Origin: Candidatus Krumholzibacteriota bacterium
Lineage (GTDB): Bacteria; Krumholzibacteriota; Krumholzibacteriia; JAJRXK01
DNA: 64,000 bases
Direction: 5' to 3'
Assembly (NCBI GenBank): GCA_963806035.1
Contig: CAWDWO010000016.1
Span: forward strand, 1-64,000
Shown here piece by piece: positions 18,558 to 29,016 of the stretch (within the stretch, counting starts at the first letter, position 1; every line of letters starts with the position of its first letter). The notes under the pieces were generated by a model that saw only the letters and a program-made list of their open reading frames with translations, made no database searches and was not told the DNA's origin. Both the position numbers and the translations under genes were made by a program.

Positions 18558-20579
18558 TCAGCGTCTGTAGGCCGATACCGGCTCGCTCGAGGAACTCTCC
18601 GAGCCTTTGCCGTCTACCGCAGTGATGGAATAGACATAGGTGGTTCCTCGATTCGCCTCCGTATCGATCCACGATCCCGAGTCGCTCTTTGGCTCGGCGA
18701 CGAGTTCGGCCTTTTCCCCTGCGGCATGCCGGTAGATTCGATAGCCCACGACGCTTTCGTCCAGGACTCGAGACCAGGAAAGCTGGATGCCCTTGGTCGT
18801 GGCCGCGGCGCGAACCCCGGAGGGCGAGGGGAGCGAGCTACCGAGTTCGGGTATCTGGACCCTTAGAGGTGTGCTGAGCGCACTCTTGATCCCGTTGACA
18901 TCCACCGCCTGCACTGCGTACTCGTAGCTGGCTCCGGTCGTCACCGTGGAGTCGGTGCCGTAGTTCTGGCGCGGTGCATAGGATTTCGAAGTGAGGATCG
19001 GCGAGAATTTCCCGTCGGGAAGATCCCGGCGGAAGATCGCATAACCGGCGAGCGTAGGGTCGCGATCGAGAGATACGTCCCAAAAGAGCTGCACGCGATC
19101 CACCCCCACATTTGCCCGCAGATTGAGGGGGGTGGAGAGCGAGTAGTCGGCCGGAGGCCGTGCGGACGCGCTCTCTGAAAGTTTGCTCAGGGCGTAGCCG
19201 TCGCCTACGGAACGCACCGCGTAGAGGTAACTCGTGCGGCTGTCCAGGGTCCGCGAGGTGTCCGCATAGCTCACCAGCGCCGAATCGGGAGCAACGAGAG
19301 AGGATATCTGCTGCCAGTCAGCCCCCGCGGCCGCTCGGTAGACGAAGTATCCCAGGATGTGCGGTCCCACCCCACGCCACGAGATTTGGATTCCTTTGTT
19401 CGAAGACAAAGCACGTACGCCTTGGGGTGGAAGTGGAATCTCACCCTGGGTCGCCATGGCCGCCACGACGGCGCTCATCGCGGACTCGTCGGCCCCCGAA
19501 GTGATGATCCGGTAATAGGCATTCTCGTTGGCCGTGGGTACCACGTCGACAAACTCGCGCGCCTCGGGCGATAGGGTGGCGATTCGCTGGAAAGGTCCGT
19601 CGAAGGCGTTGCTTCGCTCGATTTCGATGCTGCGCAAATAGGATTGCCCCACCAGCTTCCACTCGAGTCGAATCTGGTGGTTCTCTCCCAGCGCAAGCGC
19701 GCGCAGGGAGGACACCGCGGGGACGCTCCCGGCGGGGAAAGTCGAAACGGTCACCGGATCCGAGGCTGGACCGGGATTGGCGAAGTGGTCGACGAGCGAG
19801 GCGGTGTATTCGTACACGGAGTTGCGGACCACTTCGTCGTCGCGTCCCACGGCATAGACTGAGTCCCTTACTGCGTGGAAACCGCTGATCGCCGGAATCG
19901 ATTCGAAATCACCCTGCATCTTGTTGCGGCGACGAATGAGAACCCCGGCCGGCTCAGCGTCCGCGGGAACCAACCACCGCAGATGCACGCGGGCTCCGTC
20001 GAAGACCTCATGGGCGTCTCTGAGTCTCTCCGGCGCGGGCAGTGCGCTGTGCGCGGGCCAGGTCGCGCGATTGGTCTCTTCCGTCGCGCTTCCGAGCTGA
20101 ATGCGATAGCGGAAGCTGGTGCCATCCTTGGCAGATGCGGCCGTCGTGTCGAGCACTGCGGCTCCCAGGGCGAGATGCGAAACAGGGATGTTTTGAGCGG
20201 GAAGCTCAGTGATCTCATCGTGAGTCTGCAGATAGTCCCAGAGGCGGTCGATGCCCACCGAATCGACCGGTGCCAGTCCTCGGAAATACGGAGCAAAGTG
20301 GCGAACGCGATTCGCGAGTTCTTCGCGTGAACTCGGCGCGGAGCTACGCGCGAGTTGCTTTTGCTCGTTCGCCTCATCGAAAACTCGGTAAGCCTCGTTC
20401 TTGGGGATCGTACTGCCCAGAAAAATCCAGATTCCTCCGGGCGACGCCACGGCCATCGCGTGGGGTTGTTTGGACGCCTCATCCTGTGCCTGCGCGCCGA
20501 AAGCGCTCAACGCCAGCAGCAGCACCACGACCGCAGAAAGAGATCGTCGCCATTGGCTCGTGTTTCGTGTGCGGCTCAT
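18558..20579 (-). CDS. Secreted fibronectin type III repeat protein
   Basis: AQA signal peptide; about five FN3 repeats (P..P..L/V...I.L.W...GY.IYR...Y.Y.V.AV). Confidence 0.85.
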   Translation of the reverse strand: MSRTRNTSQWRRSLSAVVVLLLALSAFGAQAQDEASKQPHAMAVASPGGIWIFLGSTIPKNEAYRVFDEANEQKQLARSSAPSSREELANRVRHFAPYFRGLAPVDSVGIDRLWDYLQTHDEITELPAQNIPVSHLALGAAVLDTTAASAKDGTSFRYRIQLGSATEETNRATWPAHSALPAPERLRDAHEVFDGARVHLRWLVPADAEPAGVLIRRRNKMQGDFESIPAISGFHAVRDSVYAVGRDDEVVRNSVYEYTASLVDHFANPGPASDPVTVSTFPAGSVPAVSSLRALALGENHQIRLEWKLVGQSYLRSIEIERSNAFDGPFQRIATLSPEAREFVDVVPTANENAYYRIITSGADESAMSAVVAAMATQGEIPLPPQGVRALSSNKGIQISWRGVGPHILGYFVYRAAAGADWQQISSLVAPDSALVSYADTSRTLDSRTSYLYAVRSVGDGYALSKLSESASARPPADYSLSTPLNLRANVGVDRVQLFWDVSLDRDPTLAGYAIFRRDLPDGKFSPILTSKSYAPRQNYGTDSTVTTGASYEYAVQAVDVNGIKSALSTPLRVQIPELGSSLPSPSGVRAAATTKGIQLSWSRVLDESVVGYRIYRHAAGEKAELVAEPKSDSGSWIDTEANRGTTYVYSITAVDGKGSESSSSEPVSAYRR

Positions 20580-20581
20580 CT

Positions 20582-23500
20582 TTACCACCCCGAACTCAGT
20601 CCGGCCTCGTTACCCGAGCAAGTTCCGATTCCCAGAGAGGCATCAGATCCGCTCGTGCCCATGGCCATCGTCATCTTGAGTGATTTCTGCACCGACAAAC
20701 CTGCGCATAACTCGCAGGAGACACCGTCGAGGGAGAGCGTCGGTATACACTGCTGGAGTTCACCCGCCAAGGAAATGCTCGCGCACCCCTGAAGGTCGAA
20801 CTGGCCATTGGTGTTGAGGATGCCCTTCGCCCCCAGTTCCGCCGAAACCTCTCCGCTGACTTTGGTGCAGGTGATGCTCGACAGAATGAAGTAGGCGTGG
20901 ATGAAGCCCATGGCGCCGATCCCCAGCTCGGTTCCCGGTCCGTCAAAGCTCATCCAGACGCGGGCGTCCAGTCCGGTCTCGCCGCCGAGATGCGCGGACA
21001 CTGCACCCAGATTGAATCCCGTGTCGGGAATGCTGAATTGGGGGATGTTCTTGCGCCCGGTGAAAAAGAAGCCCGAGACACCGTGCTGAAAGGCGGCAGG
21101 GATGTGCTTGTCGTACGCGAATTGCAGCAGGGTTTCGGTGACCACTTCGGGCATGGTGTCGTAGTCGCCGATCAGCATTCCCGCTTTGAGGTTGCCGAAT
21201 CCGGACATGGTGACGGCGCCCCCGGTGAGGAAGTACCACCCGTCACCGTCGACGCACATGTTGGCCGTTCCCACGAAGTGCGTTCCCGAGAAGGTCTGGT
21301 CGATGTCGAGAGAGCCCGTCATCCTCCCGTGCGGGTAATCGTAGGTCATGGAAATGTCGCCGAAGGGCGTGGGGATGTTCTTTACATCGACCCCCTGATT
21401 ATCCGCGGTGATGTCCCCATGCACCGTGAAGGTCTTCCGCGTGTCGCCCTGCATCCCCTTCGCGCCTTGCATGTCGCCGCTGAAGACGAACTTGCTCCAG
21501 TCGTTCGAACTCGTCGCGACGTGCATCTCGCCCTCGACCGAAGAGAGGCTGGTCTTGGTCTTTCCGATGGGTAGCGACTGTCCCAGCGGATCCACTTCGA
21601 TCCAGGTCTTCTTGGTCGTTCGATGCAACTTCGTTTTCAAGACGACACCTTCGCTGGACTCGATCTTACCTTCGGCCAGGAAGCCATCCGTGCCGAGGGT
21701 TTGCGCTCCTTCGCTCTGGTGCGCGATGAACTTGACCTTGCCCGGCGCATCGAAGGCGAAGGGAATGGGCGAAAGGTCCAGCGCGGTCTTTCCCTCCTTC
21801 TGGCGGAAAGTCAAAGTGGCCTGGTAGCTGCTCGCCAAGCGCGGGATTCCGAGGTCCACCGTCCCGGAGATCTGAAAGTAATCGTCGTAGGCGACGAGGT
21901 TGCCTGGCACGAGCGTAAAGACGTCGTAGAAGGTGACGGCGGGAGAGTTGGCGCCAAAACCGAGCAACTGCTCGCCATTGCTCAACAGGTCGATGGATTG
22001 TAGCGTGAATGCCGCGTCCTTCTTCATCCCGGGAAGTCCGCCGAGTTTGGCCGCCGGAGTTCCGCCGTCCGGTAAGAGTGAAAGCTTCCAGTGCCCCTTA
22101 CGATCCTCTCCGACCTTGGGGTCATAGCCGAAGCCCGCGTTCTGGGTGAGCACCTCGAGCGGAGCGACTCCGCCCAAGGAGATCTTCTCGAGATCGACCT
22201 GACCAATCTGGAGGTCTGTCGGCGTGATGCGGAGGTTCTTGGCGGGAACGGTGATCGCGCCGGTGTTGATGGCCGCTGTCTGAAAGAGAATACCGTTGGT
22301 GGAGGCGGAGAGCTTCCATCCCGTGGCGTTCAACTTCCACTGCTCGAGGTTCAGCGAGACTGCACCGGGATTGTCGATGTCGAGCACGCCGGCAGGGCGA
22401 GCTCGTACCCAACCCGCGGGTATCTCGATCGGCTTCGGAGAGCTTTTGCCGACATCGGCGTGCAGGGTGGTGTCGATTGCGAGCGTATCCTTGCGTACGT
22501 AGGCACCGCCGGCCTTGGCCGTGGCGGTGAAGCCATGGAGCTTGTACGAGATGGCGCCGCTCGATTCACTTCCACGGATCGCGTAGGAGCTCGCGCTCAC
22601 CTTTGCGGGATCCGAGGCGAATGCGATCACCGTCGTCTTCGTGGCATCGTTGCGCGGCGCAAGGTCGAGAGTCCCGGGGGCCATGAGGTTCGAGGAAAAC
22701 GCGAAGCTCGAGGGTTCGATGCGCACTCGGCCGCGAATTTCGCCGCCTCCATCGCTGCCCGGCGCGACCGATACCATTTTGCCCTGATCCACGGGAAGGA
22801 GAGTGACATCGAAGGCATCGAAGAGCCGCAGGTCCACCTTGGATGCCATGGTTTGCACTGGCGGATTCTGTGGCACGGCGAAGGGAACTCCCTGAGCGTC
22901 CAGGCTCGCGCCTTTTTGCAGGGATACGTCGTGAAACTGGAGGGTGAGCTTCGATTCCTTGGGTTTGAAGCAGGAGTTCTCCGGCAGCTTCACAAAAGCG
23001 CCGTCGATGGTCACCACGCCAGCGGATTCCTGTAGGGAGCTGATTTCGATGGGGAAGCCGAGCAGCTGCGTGATGTCCATGTCGTTGTAGATGGACAGAC
23101 TCAAGTTTACCGGCTGGTCGGTGGGTACGGTGATCGTCTTGGAATCACCCACGTAGGTTACGGTATTCGAGGATCGAGTGGCATGGATGGTCACTTGATC
23201 AGGGCTCAGAGGTATGCCGTGAAGCGTGTACTTCCCTCCCTCGGCGCTGGTGGTCTCCACGGGAATGACATCGGAGCCATTTCCCACCTCGGCGTAGACG
23301 TGAGCGTCGGCGACGGCCACCGAATCACCCACGGTGACCACACCTGAGATGTGTGCGGCAGGATCCAGAACACATTGGTAGTCGCTGGCCGCGGTATTCG
23401 AAAGGTTGAAGAAGCGATAGTAGCGCGCCACGTAGTCGGTATCTTGCGGCGGAGTGACTTTCGCCTTGAAATTGACTCCCTGATTGTCGAAGACGAAGCT

Positions 23501-26290
23501 AACGAGCCCGCGCGGATCGGTCTTCTTGACTTGGCCCAATATTTCCACGCTGGCTCCAGCCAGCGGTTTGAGCTTGGGCACCATGGTGAGAGTGAGGTCG
23601 CTCGTGTCTCTTCCGCGCAATACCGTAATGCGGACGCGATGACGTCTTCGCACGAACTGGAACTTGCCGAGATTCACCGGCTTGTCGGACTTCGGGATGT
23701 CCACCGTGAAGCTCTTGGAAGGATAGTCCTTGTTGCTGGGGATGATGGTCAGTGTCTGGTTCTTCCCCGAAGGCGCTCGCAGGTGGAAGATCTGCGCTCC
23801 CAAAAACCAATCGGTCGAGCTGGAAATCCCGCTGGAAAAATGCACTTCCGCCGGTATCCCGGCACCGGTCTCCAGGTCGGACACGGTCCCGAAGACTTTC
23901 CCGTCGGGTTCGAGTTTGACTTCGGACGTGAGATCGAGCTGCCGTCCCCAGGCCAGGATGCCCAGCTTCTTCTTCCACTGAGAATAACCCTGTTTGTACG
24001 CGTAGAGCGTTCGATTTGGTCCCACCAAAGCTCCGCTCTTGTCCTCTTGTACGTCGAGATGATTGAACTGGAAGTAGCCCTGCGGGCCGCTCTGCGTCGA
24101 CAGCCAGGGCCACTGCTTCTCACTACTTTCGCCGGAGAAAAGTTGGGAGAAGACATCCCCGCTGATTTCTTTGTACTCGCTCTGGAGTACTAGCTGTGCC
24201 TGCGGGATGGGCGTGTTCTGGTTGGATGCATCCATGACGCGTCCGAGGATGCGCGGGTTCAAAGGGCTCAGAAAGGCGGCCGTTTGGTAGACGTCCTTGT
24301 ACGAGTGCTGGCTGTTGAAGAGGGGGTGAGAATTGTACTGTTCCGGGTAGGCCCAGTAGCCGAGATGAGATTCGTAATTGTAGTTGCCCTTGGTTTTGGA
24401 AGTCGAAACGTAGAAGTAGTAGACGTCGTTATCATTCCACGGCCGCACCACGCGCGAAAACTCCGCGAAACCATCCGGGTCGGTCAGGGTCTCATCGACT
24501 ACCGAGAATGTGCCCTGAGGGAGAGTGATCTTGCGGTGCGCACTCGGATCCCCTTCATCGGCAGGAATCTCCCAATTTCGTGGATGTTTGCGGAGCACCA
24601 TCACGCTCGCGCCGGGAATCTTTCCCGTGGCCTGTTGGTTCTGCTTGAAGATGTCAGGCACCACTTTTAAGCGAAACAGGTAGGTCTTGACCCAGGAAAC
24701 CATCGTGCCCAGATCGGTGCTGCCCCAGGGCTGGATCACGATGTCTCTGTCGGGACTGCAATAGTAGGGACTGTCGACGATGAGACGCAGAGTGCGCGTG
24801 ATCTTCTGGGCGGAGAGCTCGTCCTTGAGACTGCCTTGTTGATTGTATTTGTTGTCGACGAACTCGCTGACGTTCTCCTCGAATACTCCGGTCTTGAACC
24901 CTTGCTCGAAGTGGAAAGAGAATTCCCCGTCGCTCTGGGTCGTCGTGGTGGCGATCACCTTGTCGATCTCGGGAAACAGCTCGTTGATGTCCTTGTTCGA
25001 GTACCCTTGTTTGAGCAATGCTCCTCTGGACAGAACGATCTCGTTCTGGTCTTTCGCGCCGTAGTTACCCAGGTGCCCGTTTAGAATGCGGTAGGTCATG
25101 ACGAGGCTCACCCGCACGCCGCCGAGAGCTTCAGAGCCCGCGGGATCGATGAAACCCGACTCATAATAGGTTTGATCAGGATTGAATTGCTGGTTACCGA
25201 TGGTAGCTGAACCCGCGCTGGAGCTTAGGGCTCCCCCGTTGTTCGAAGCGGAATCCTTGCCGTAGGGTTTGAACTTGTAGGCGAGCTTGCCCCGTACGGA
25301 GCTGAAGGGGGCGTCGGGCAAGTTCACCGGAGCTTGAGAGTTGAGGGTCGGCCCATTCTTGTTTCCGCTGGGCTTTACCGTAATGGGGGGCAGAAGAGCC
25401 TGGACCGAATCTCCCCAGGTGAACGAGCACACTTCGCTGTGCCCGTCATTCGCGAAGGGGATGTTGAGTTCGTCGTTTCGTACCGTGACGCGCCAGGCAT
25501 AGCGGCGTCCCGCTTCGAATAGCGGTTGCGAGGGGCCGTAGAAGAACGAGGTCCCTGAAACCTGCTGGTCGAAGAACTCGGGCGTCGTGGCGCTTCGCAT
25601 CGCATCCTCGGGCGCCATCTCGGGATCGAGCATCTCGACGATTTCGAGTTCGTAAGTGGTGGTGCCGGGCGGCGCTCCCGGTGCCGGGGACCAGGAAAAA
25701 GTAACGGCCTGGAGCGCCTGGGGACTGATCGTCTCGCCGCAGGGAGGGGCGATCAGATAGGGCGGTTCAGCGGCCTGGATCTGGAACGAGTTGCTACACC
25801 CCGCCGGCGAGGGGGGCGAATGCACGATTTCCCGATCACAGATGGAAGCCGGACAGATCGATTGAAAGCACAGCTGATAGCTGCCGGGGGGGAGGCCCTT
25901 GTCGTAGTACTGATCCCGGGTCATTCCGCTGAAGAGCAGATTTGAAGGATCGAAGAGGGGTGCGAGATCGGCTCCGGAGAGGACGACCGGGGCTGTGCCG
26001 ACAGCGATGGGAAACGGCGCTCCGGGATCGAATCCCGGAGGCGTTCTGAGTTCGATTCCGTTGTCTCCAACGAGCTGCATCGATAAGTAATCTTCCGCTG
26101 AGCCGTCTGGGGTGGTGGCGATCAGCGTCACCCGCGTGTGATCGGAAATGGAGAAGAGGTCGTTCGTAACCGTTCCGGTCACCTGCGTGCTCACGGTAAG
26201 ATCGTACTGCGCCGAGGCACGCGTGGCTCCCAGTAGAGCCATGGCTCCCACGAGGATCGCGGCCAGAATGTTCTTAGAAGGAGACCGCAT
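20582..26290 (-). CDS. Giant (~1900 aa) secreted protein with TANFOR-like N-terminus, transthyretin/carboxypeptidase-regulatory-like modules and Cys-rich C-terminus
   Basis: GGAGG RBS before ATG 26290; ASA-QY signal peptide; N-terminal L.G.NGIELRT...LSGADL.PLF...LPPGSYQLCF followed by PYLIAP...FSW; repeated G.V.D...PI..A modules. Confidence 0.75.
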   Translation of the reverse strand: MRSPSKNILAAILVGAMALLGATRASAQYDLTVSTQVTGTVTNDLFSISDHTRVTLIATTPDGSAEDYLSMQLVGDNGIELRTPPGFDPGAPFPIAVGTAPVVLSGADLAPLFDPSNLLFSGMTRDQYYDKGLPPGSYQLCFQSICPASICDREIVHSPPSPAGCSNSFQIQAAEPPYLIAPPCGETISPQALQAVTFSWSPAPGAPPGTTTYELEIVEMLDPEMAPEDAMRSATTPEFFDQQVSGTSFFYGPSQPLFEAGRRYAWRVTVRNDELNIPFANDGHSEVCSFTWGDSVQALLPPITVKPSGNKNGPTLNSQAPVNLPDAPFSSVRGKLAYKFKPYGKDSASNNGGALSSSAGSATIGNQQFNPDQTYYESGFIDPAGSEALGGVRVSLVMTYRILNGHLGNYGAKDQNEIVLSRGALLKQGYSNKDINELFPEIDKVIATTTTQSDGEFSFHFEQGFKTGVFEENVSEFVDNKYNQQGSLKDELSAQKITRTLRLIVDSPYYCSPDRDIVIQPWGSTDLGTMVSWVKTYLFRLKVVPDIFKQNQQATGKIPGASVMVLRKHPRNWEIPADEGDPSAHRKITLPQGTFSVVDETLTDPDGFAEFSRVVRPWNDNDVYYFYVSTSKTKGNYNYESHLGYWAYPEQYNSHPLFNSQHSYKDVYQTAAFLSPLNPRILGRVMDASNQNTPIPQAQLVLQSEYKEISGDVFSQLFSGESSEKQWPWLSTQSGPQGYFQFNHLDVQEDKSGALVGPNRTLYAYKQGYSQWKKKLGILAWGRQLDLTSEVKLEPDGKVFGTVSDLETGAGIPAEVHFSSGISSSTDWFLGAQIFHLRAPSGKNQTLTIIPSNKDYPSKSFTVDIPKSDKPVNLGKFQFVRRRHRVRITVLRGRDTSDLTLTMVPKLKPLAGASVEILGQVKKTDPRGLVSFVFDNQGVNFKAKVTPPQDTDYVARYYRFFNLSNTAASDYQCVLDPAAHISGVVTVGDSVAVADAHVYAEVGNGSDVIPVETTSAEGGKYTLHGIPLSPDQVTIHATRSSNTVTYVGDSKTITVPTDQPVNLSLSIYNDMDITQLLGFPIEISSLQESAGVVTIDGAFVKLPENSCFKPKESKLTLQFHDVSLQKGASLDAQGVPFAVPQNPPVQTMASKVDLRLFDAFDVTLLPVDQGKMVSVAPGSDGGGEIRGRVRIEPSSFAFSSNLMAPGTLDLAPRNDATKTTVIAFASDPAKVSASSYAIRGSESSGAISYKLHGFTATAKAGGAYVRKDTLAIDTTLHADVGKSSPKPIEIPAGWVRARPAGVLDIDNPGAVSLNLEQWKLNATGWKLSASTNGILFQTAAINTGAITVPAKNLRITPTDLQIGQVDLEKISLGGVAPLEVLTQNAGFGYDPKVGEDRKGHWKLSLLPDGGTPAAKLGGLPGMKKDAAFTLQSIDLLSNGEQLLGFGANSPAVTFYDVFTLVPGNLVAYDDYFQISGTVDLGIPRLASSYQATLTFRQKEGKTALDLSPIPFAFDAPGKVKFIAHQSEGAQTLGTDGFLAEGKIESSEGVVLKTKLHRTTKKTWIEVDPLGQSLPIGKTKTSLSSVEGEMHVATSSNDWSKFVFSGDMQGAKGMQGDTRKTFTVHGDITADNQGVDVKNIPTPFGDISMTYDYPHGRMTGSLDIDQTFSGTHFVGTANMCVDGDGWYFLTGGAVTMSGFGNLKAGMLIGDYDTMPEVVTETLLQFAYDKHIPAAFQHGVSGFFFTGRKNIPQFSIPDTGFNLGAVSAHLGGETGLDARVWMSFDGPGTELGIGAMGFIHAYFILSSITCTKVSGEVSAELGAKGILNTNGQFDLQGCASISLAGELQQCIPTLSLDGVSCELCAGLSVQKSLKMTMAMGTSGSDASLGIGTCSGNEAGLSSGW

Positions 26291-28022
26291 ACGAAACCTC
26301 CCCACGTCTTTCGGTATAGGAAGTGGCTCCCGAGGACTTCGCGGTGTTGTCGTGCACGTAGAACCGAGCTGTCACCCGCTGGCGTTTGCCCTCCCTGAGC
26401 GAAGCGTTGAGCTGAAAGGTATTCGTGTCGTCCGTATCCGTCCCGTCGACGGAAGTCGTACTCATCGCCAAAGAAGCCCCCAGAGTGAGCTTGTGCTGCA
26501 TCAATGCGAGATTCGCGCCCACGAGTGGCCCCGCGACTTTCGTCTTGCTGGTGGAGAGATCGTACACGGAACGGTTGAAGCCCCCGGTCAAGCTCAAGTT
26601 CCAGGGAATCCAGGTGAACACGTAGGCAGCATTGAGTTGAGAAGAGGTGTAGCTCTGATCGACGAGCCCGTTCTTCGTCTTGTCCTGCATGTCCTGCAGT
26701 GACCACACCAGGGACAGATTGTGAGCGGCGCGATCGCGCACCAGCGAAAGCGTCTGGGTCACCCCGATGTTGTTGGTGGCCTGTGCAATCTTGGTGGAGG
26801 TGCTGTCGATCTGGCTTCTGCCGGCCTTCTGGTCGATGGAATAGTTCGAATAGGAAACGCCGGCGCTGTATTGCGGCAGCGGAGTCCAGTCGAGTCGCGT
26901 CGAACCGATGACTCGGTTCGTTTGTAGGTCCTTGTTGTCGCTGAGATTGTCGCGCTGCAAACCGAGACTCGCGCTGCCTCGGAGCTTCCTCTTGAATGCA
27001 ATGACGGTGGGCTCGATCGTGATCTTCTGAAGATCGTTGTTGAAGTAATAGGCCCCCATCGATCGGTATTTGGGGTCGATGCGTTCGAAGCGGAGTTTCG
27101 CTCCACCCCACTGGTCCTTCCAGTGAAGCGCCGCGTCGATCGCATTCGATTCTGTCGTGCTCTCCCGGTGGTCCATGAGAAAACCGAAGGCCTTGAGCAG
27201 AGGGCCCTGATAGCTGCCGTCCAATGGACTGTTCGTGTTATCGGTATAGGCACTTTGGGCCCACTCGAAGCTGAAGCTCAGGCGGGGAGTGAGCAGAGCC
27301 TTCGTGACCAAGCTCACCGCGAGGTTCTCCTCCGGCAGGGCATTGACCGCGGACGGCGTGATGTCCAAGGAGTTCTCGTCGTCTTTCCCATGAAGGACGA
27401 CCAACGAGGCGCTGTCCTTCTCGTTGCTCGCGCCGATTCGCATTGCATAACCATTGCGCTTGTACACCGGCTGCACGACACCCGCAGTCGCCGTGCTGTC
27501 GGGTTCGATGGCGCGGCGCAGACGACCGCTGATGAATCCGACCTGAAGTCCTCCGGGAGCCAGTTCGAAACCTCCGCCCAAAATGCTGTGTCCGGCGAGC
27601 GTGAATCGTGACCAGGAGAGACTGCGGTAACCCACGTGCAGGGTGGCCCAGCGGTAGTAAGGGCTCGCGCCGAAGCGATTCAGCGGCTGCCGGAAGTCAC
27701 GGTTCTGTTCGCTGAGGGTAAAGTTGAGCGGAACCGTCCACCCGTAGAGCTCGAGGGTCGGGTTGCCTCTGAGCACCCAGCTATTCGGCTCGCGGGAGGC
27801 CGTCCGTCCGTCCACACTGTAGGAGGCGAGACCGGCTGAGATGGTGCCATGAACCTTGAGCGCGGGAGCGTGTCCTAGCTCTTCGAGATTCTGCGCCTTC
27901 AGAGGAGCGGCGAGCAGGGACAGGGTTCCCAGGACTGCGACGGCGAAACTTCGCAACGCGCAGGTCCTGTGGATGGTGACATGGACAGGACGAAAGGGTA
28001 AGAGCCGACCTTGAAGAATCAT
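26274..28022 (-). CDS. Outer-membrane beta-barrel protein (start uncertain)
   Basis: Signal peptide ending LKA-QNLE; NRFGASPYY, RIDP.YRSMGAYYF; amphipathic strands; C-terminal VSYAVSF beta-signal. Confidence 0.75.
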   Translation of the reverse strand: MILQGRLLPFRPVHVTIHRTCALRSFAVAVLGTLSLLAAPLKAQNLEELGHAPALKVHGTISAGLASYSVDGRTASREPNSWVLRGNPTLELYGWTVPLNFTLSEQNRDFRQPLNRFGASPYYRWATLHVGYRSLSWSRFTLAGHSILGGGFELAPGGLQVGFISGRLRRAIEPDSTATAGVVQPVYKRNGYAMRIGASNEKDSASLVVLHGKDDENSLDITPSAVNALPEENLAVSLVTKALLTPRLSFSFEWAQSAYTDNTNSPLDGSYQGPLLKAFGFLMDHRESTTESNAIDAALHWKDQWGGAKLRFERIDPKYRSMGAYYFNNDLQKITIEPTVIAFKRKLRGSASLGLQRDNLSDNKDLQTNRVIGSTRLDWTPLPQYSAGVSYSNYSIDQKAGRSQIDSTSTKIAQATNNIGVTQTLSLVRDRAAHNLSLVWSLQDMQDKTKNGLVDQSYTSSQLNAAYVFTWIPWNLSLTGGFNRSVYDLSTSKTKVAGPLVGANLALMQHKLTLGASLAMSTTSVDGTDTDDTNTFQLNASLREGKRQRVTARFYVHDNTAKSSGATSYTERRGEVSYAVSF

Positions 28023-28215
28023 GACGATGATCTTTGACGAGCTGCTCGTCATCGACTTGGGCAGGCTAGTCCTGTGCGATCGGGATGGTCAAGGACGAAA
28101 CTTTGCAAATTGTTCGAAGAAAAGAGCTTAAGAGTACGATATCCGGAGACCGTGAGATCTTGGATCTGACTCTCCGCAGTCGTGTGGTATCGTGTGCGGC
28201 GAAGGAAGTGGTTCT

Positions 28216-28959
28216 ATGAGCGCTAGTTTCTATCTCATCACCGGGACCTCGCGGGGAATCGGCGAGTCCTTGGCGAGCCGATTGTTGGGCGAGGGGCACC
28301 TGGTCTTGGGCGTGTCCCGATCCAACGCCGAGGGCCTGCAGTCGGAAAACTACCATCATCTGAAATGCGATTTGGCGGACGCTTCAGCGGCCAGCCAGAT
28401 CGTGACGAAGGCAGAATCCCTGGTGCAGGAAAAGAGCTGCGAGTTTCTCTGTCTCGTCAACAACGCAGCGCGCCTGGAACCTCTCAAATCGATCGAGGAG
28501 TGTTCGAGTTTCGAACTCGAAGCCCACATCCAAATCGGCCTCATCGCCCCGATGGCCCTGACTTCCAGGTTCATTCAAACCTTCGCGCCGCTCGCCTGTC
28601 GCAAGAAAGTCGCCTTCATCTCTTCCGGCGCCGCCGTTCAAGCCATGCCCGGGGCCAGCGCCTACTGTAGTGCCAAGGCCGGCTTGACCATGTTCGCGCG
28701 CTGCGTCGGGCTCGAGCAGAGCCAGCAGGAGGGAGGCTTCGAGACGGTGGCCATCAATCCCGGAATGGTGGAAACCTCCATGCAAGTCACGGCGCGTTCC
28801 AAAACGGACGAAGAATTCATGATGGCTCCCTATTTCAAGGAAGCTCAGGCGAGCGGGAAGGTGCAGGAACTTGCTCCGGTGGTGGAGAATATCGCGAGGA
28901 TCTTGATGCAACATCAAGATCCGGGAACGCTCATCAATTGTGCCGAGATGGAATCCTGA
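28216..28959 (+). CDS. SDR oxidoreductase (benzil/sepiapterin reductase-like)
   Basis: ITGTSRGIG, LVNNAA, ISSGAA, YCSAK, PGMVET.MQ. Confidence 0.88.
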   Translation: MSASFYLITGTSRGIGESLASRLLGEGHLVLGVSRSNAEGLQSENYHHLKCDLADASAASQIVTKAESLVQEKSCEFLCLVNNAARLEPLKSIEECSSFELEAHIQIGLIAPMALTSRFIQTFAPLACRKKVAFISSGAAVQAMPGASAYCSAKAGLTMFARCVGLEQSQQEGGFETVAINPGMVETSMQVTARSKTDEEFMMAPYFKEAQASGKVQELAPVVENIARILMQHQDPGTLINCAEMES

Positions 28960-29016
28960 GGCTCCGTTGGTTCGAGGAGCAAGTGGATCTCGAGTCTTTC
29001 AAACGAGGTGAGAAGA

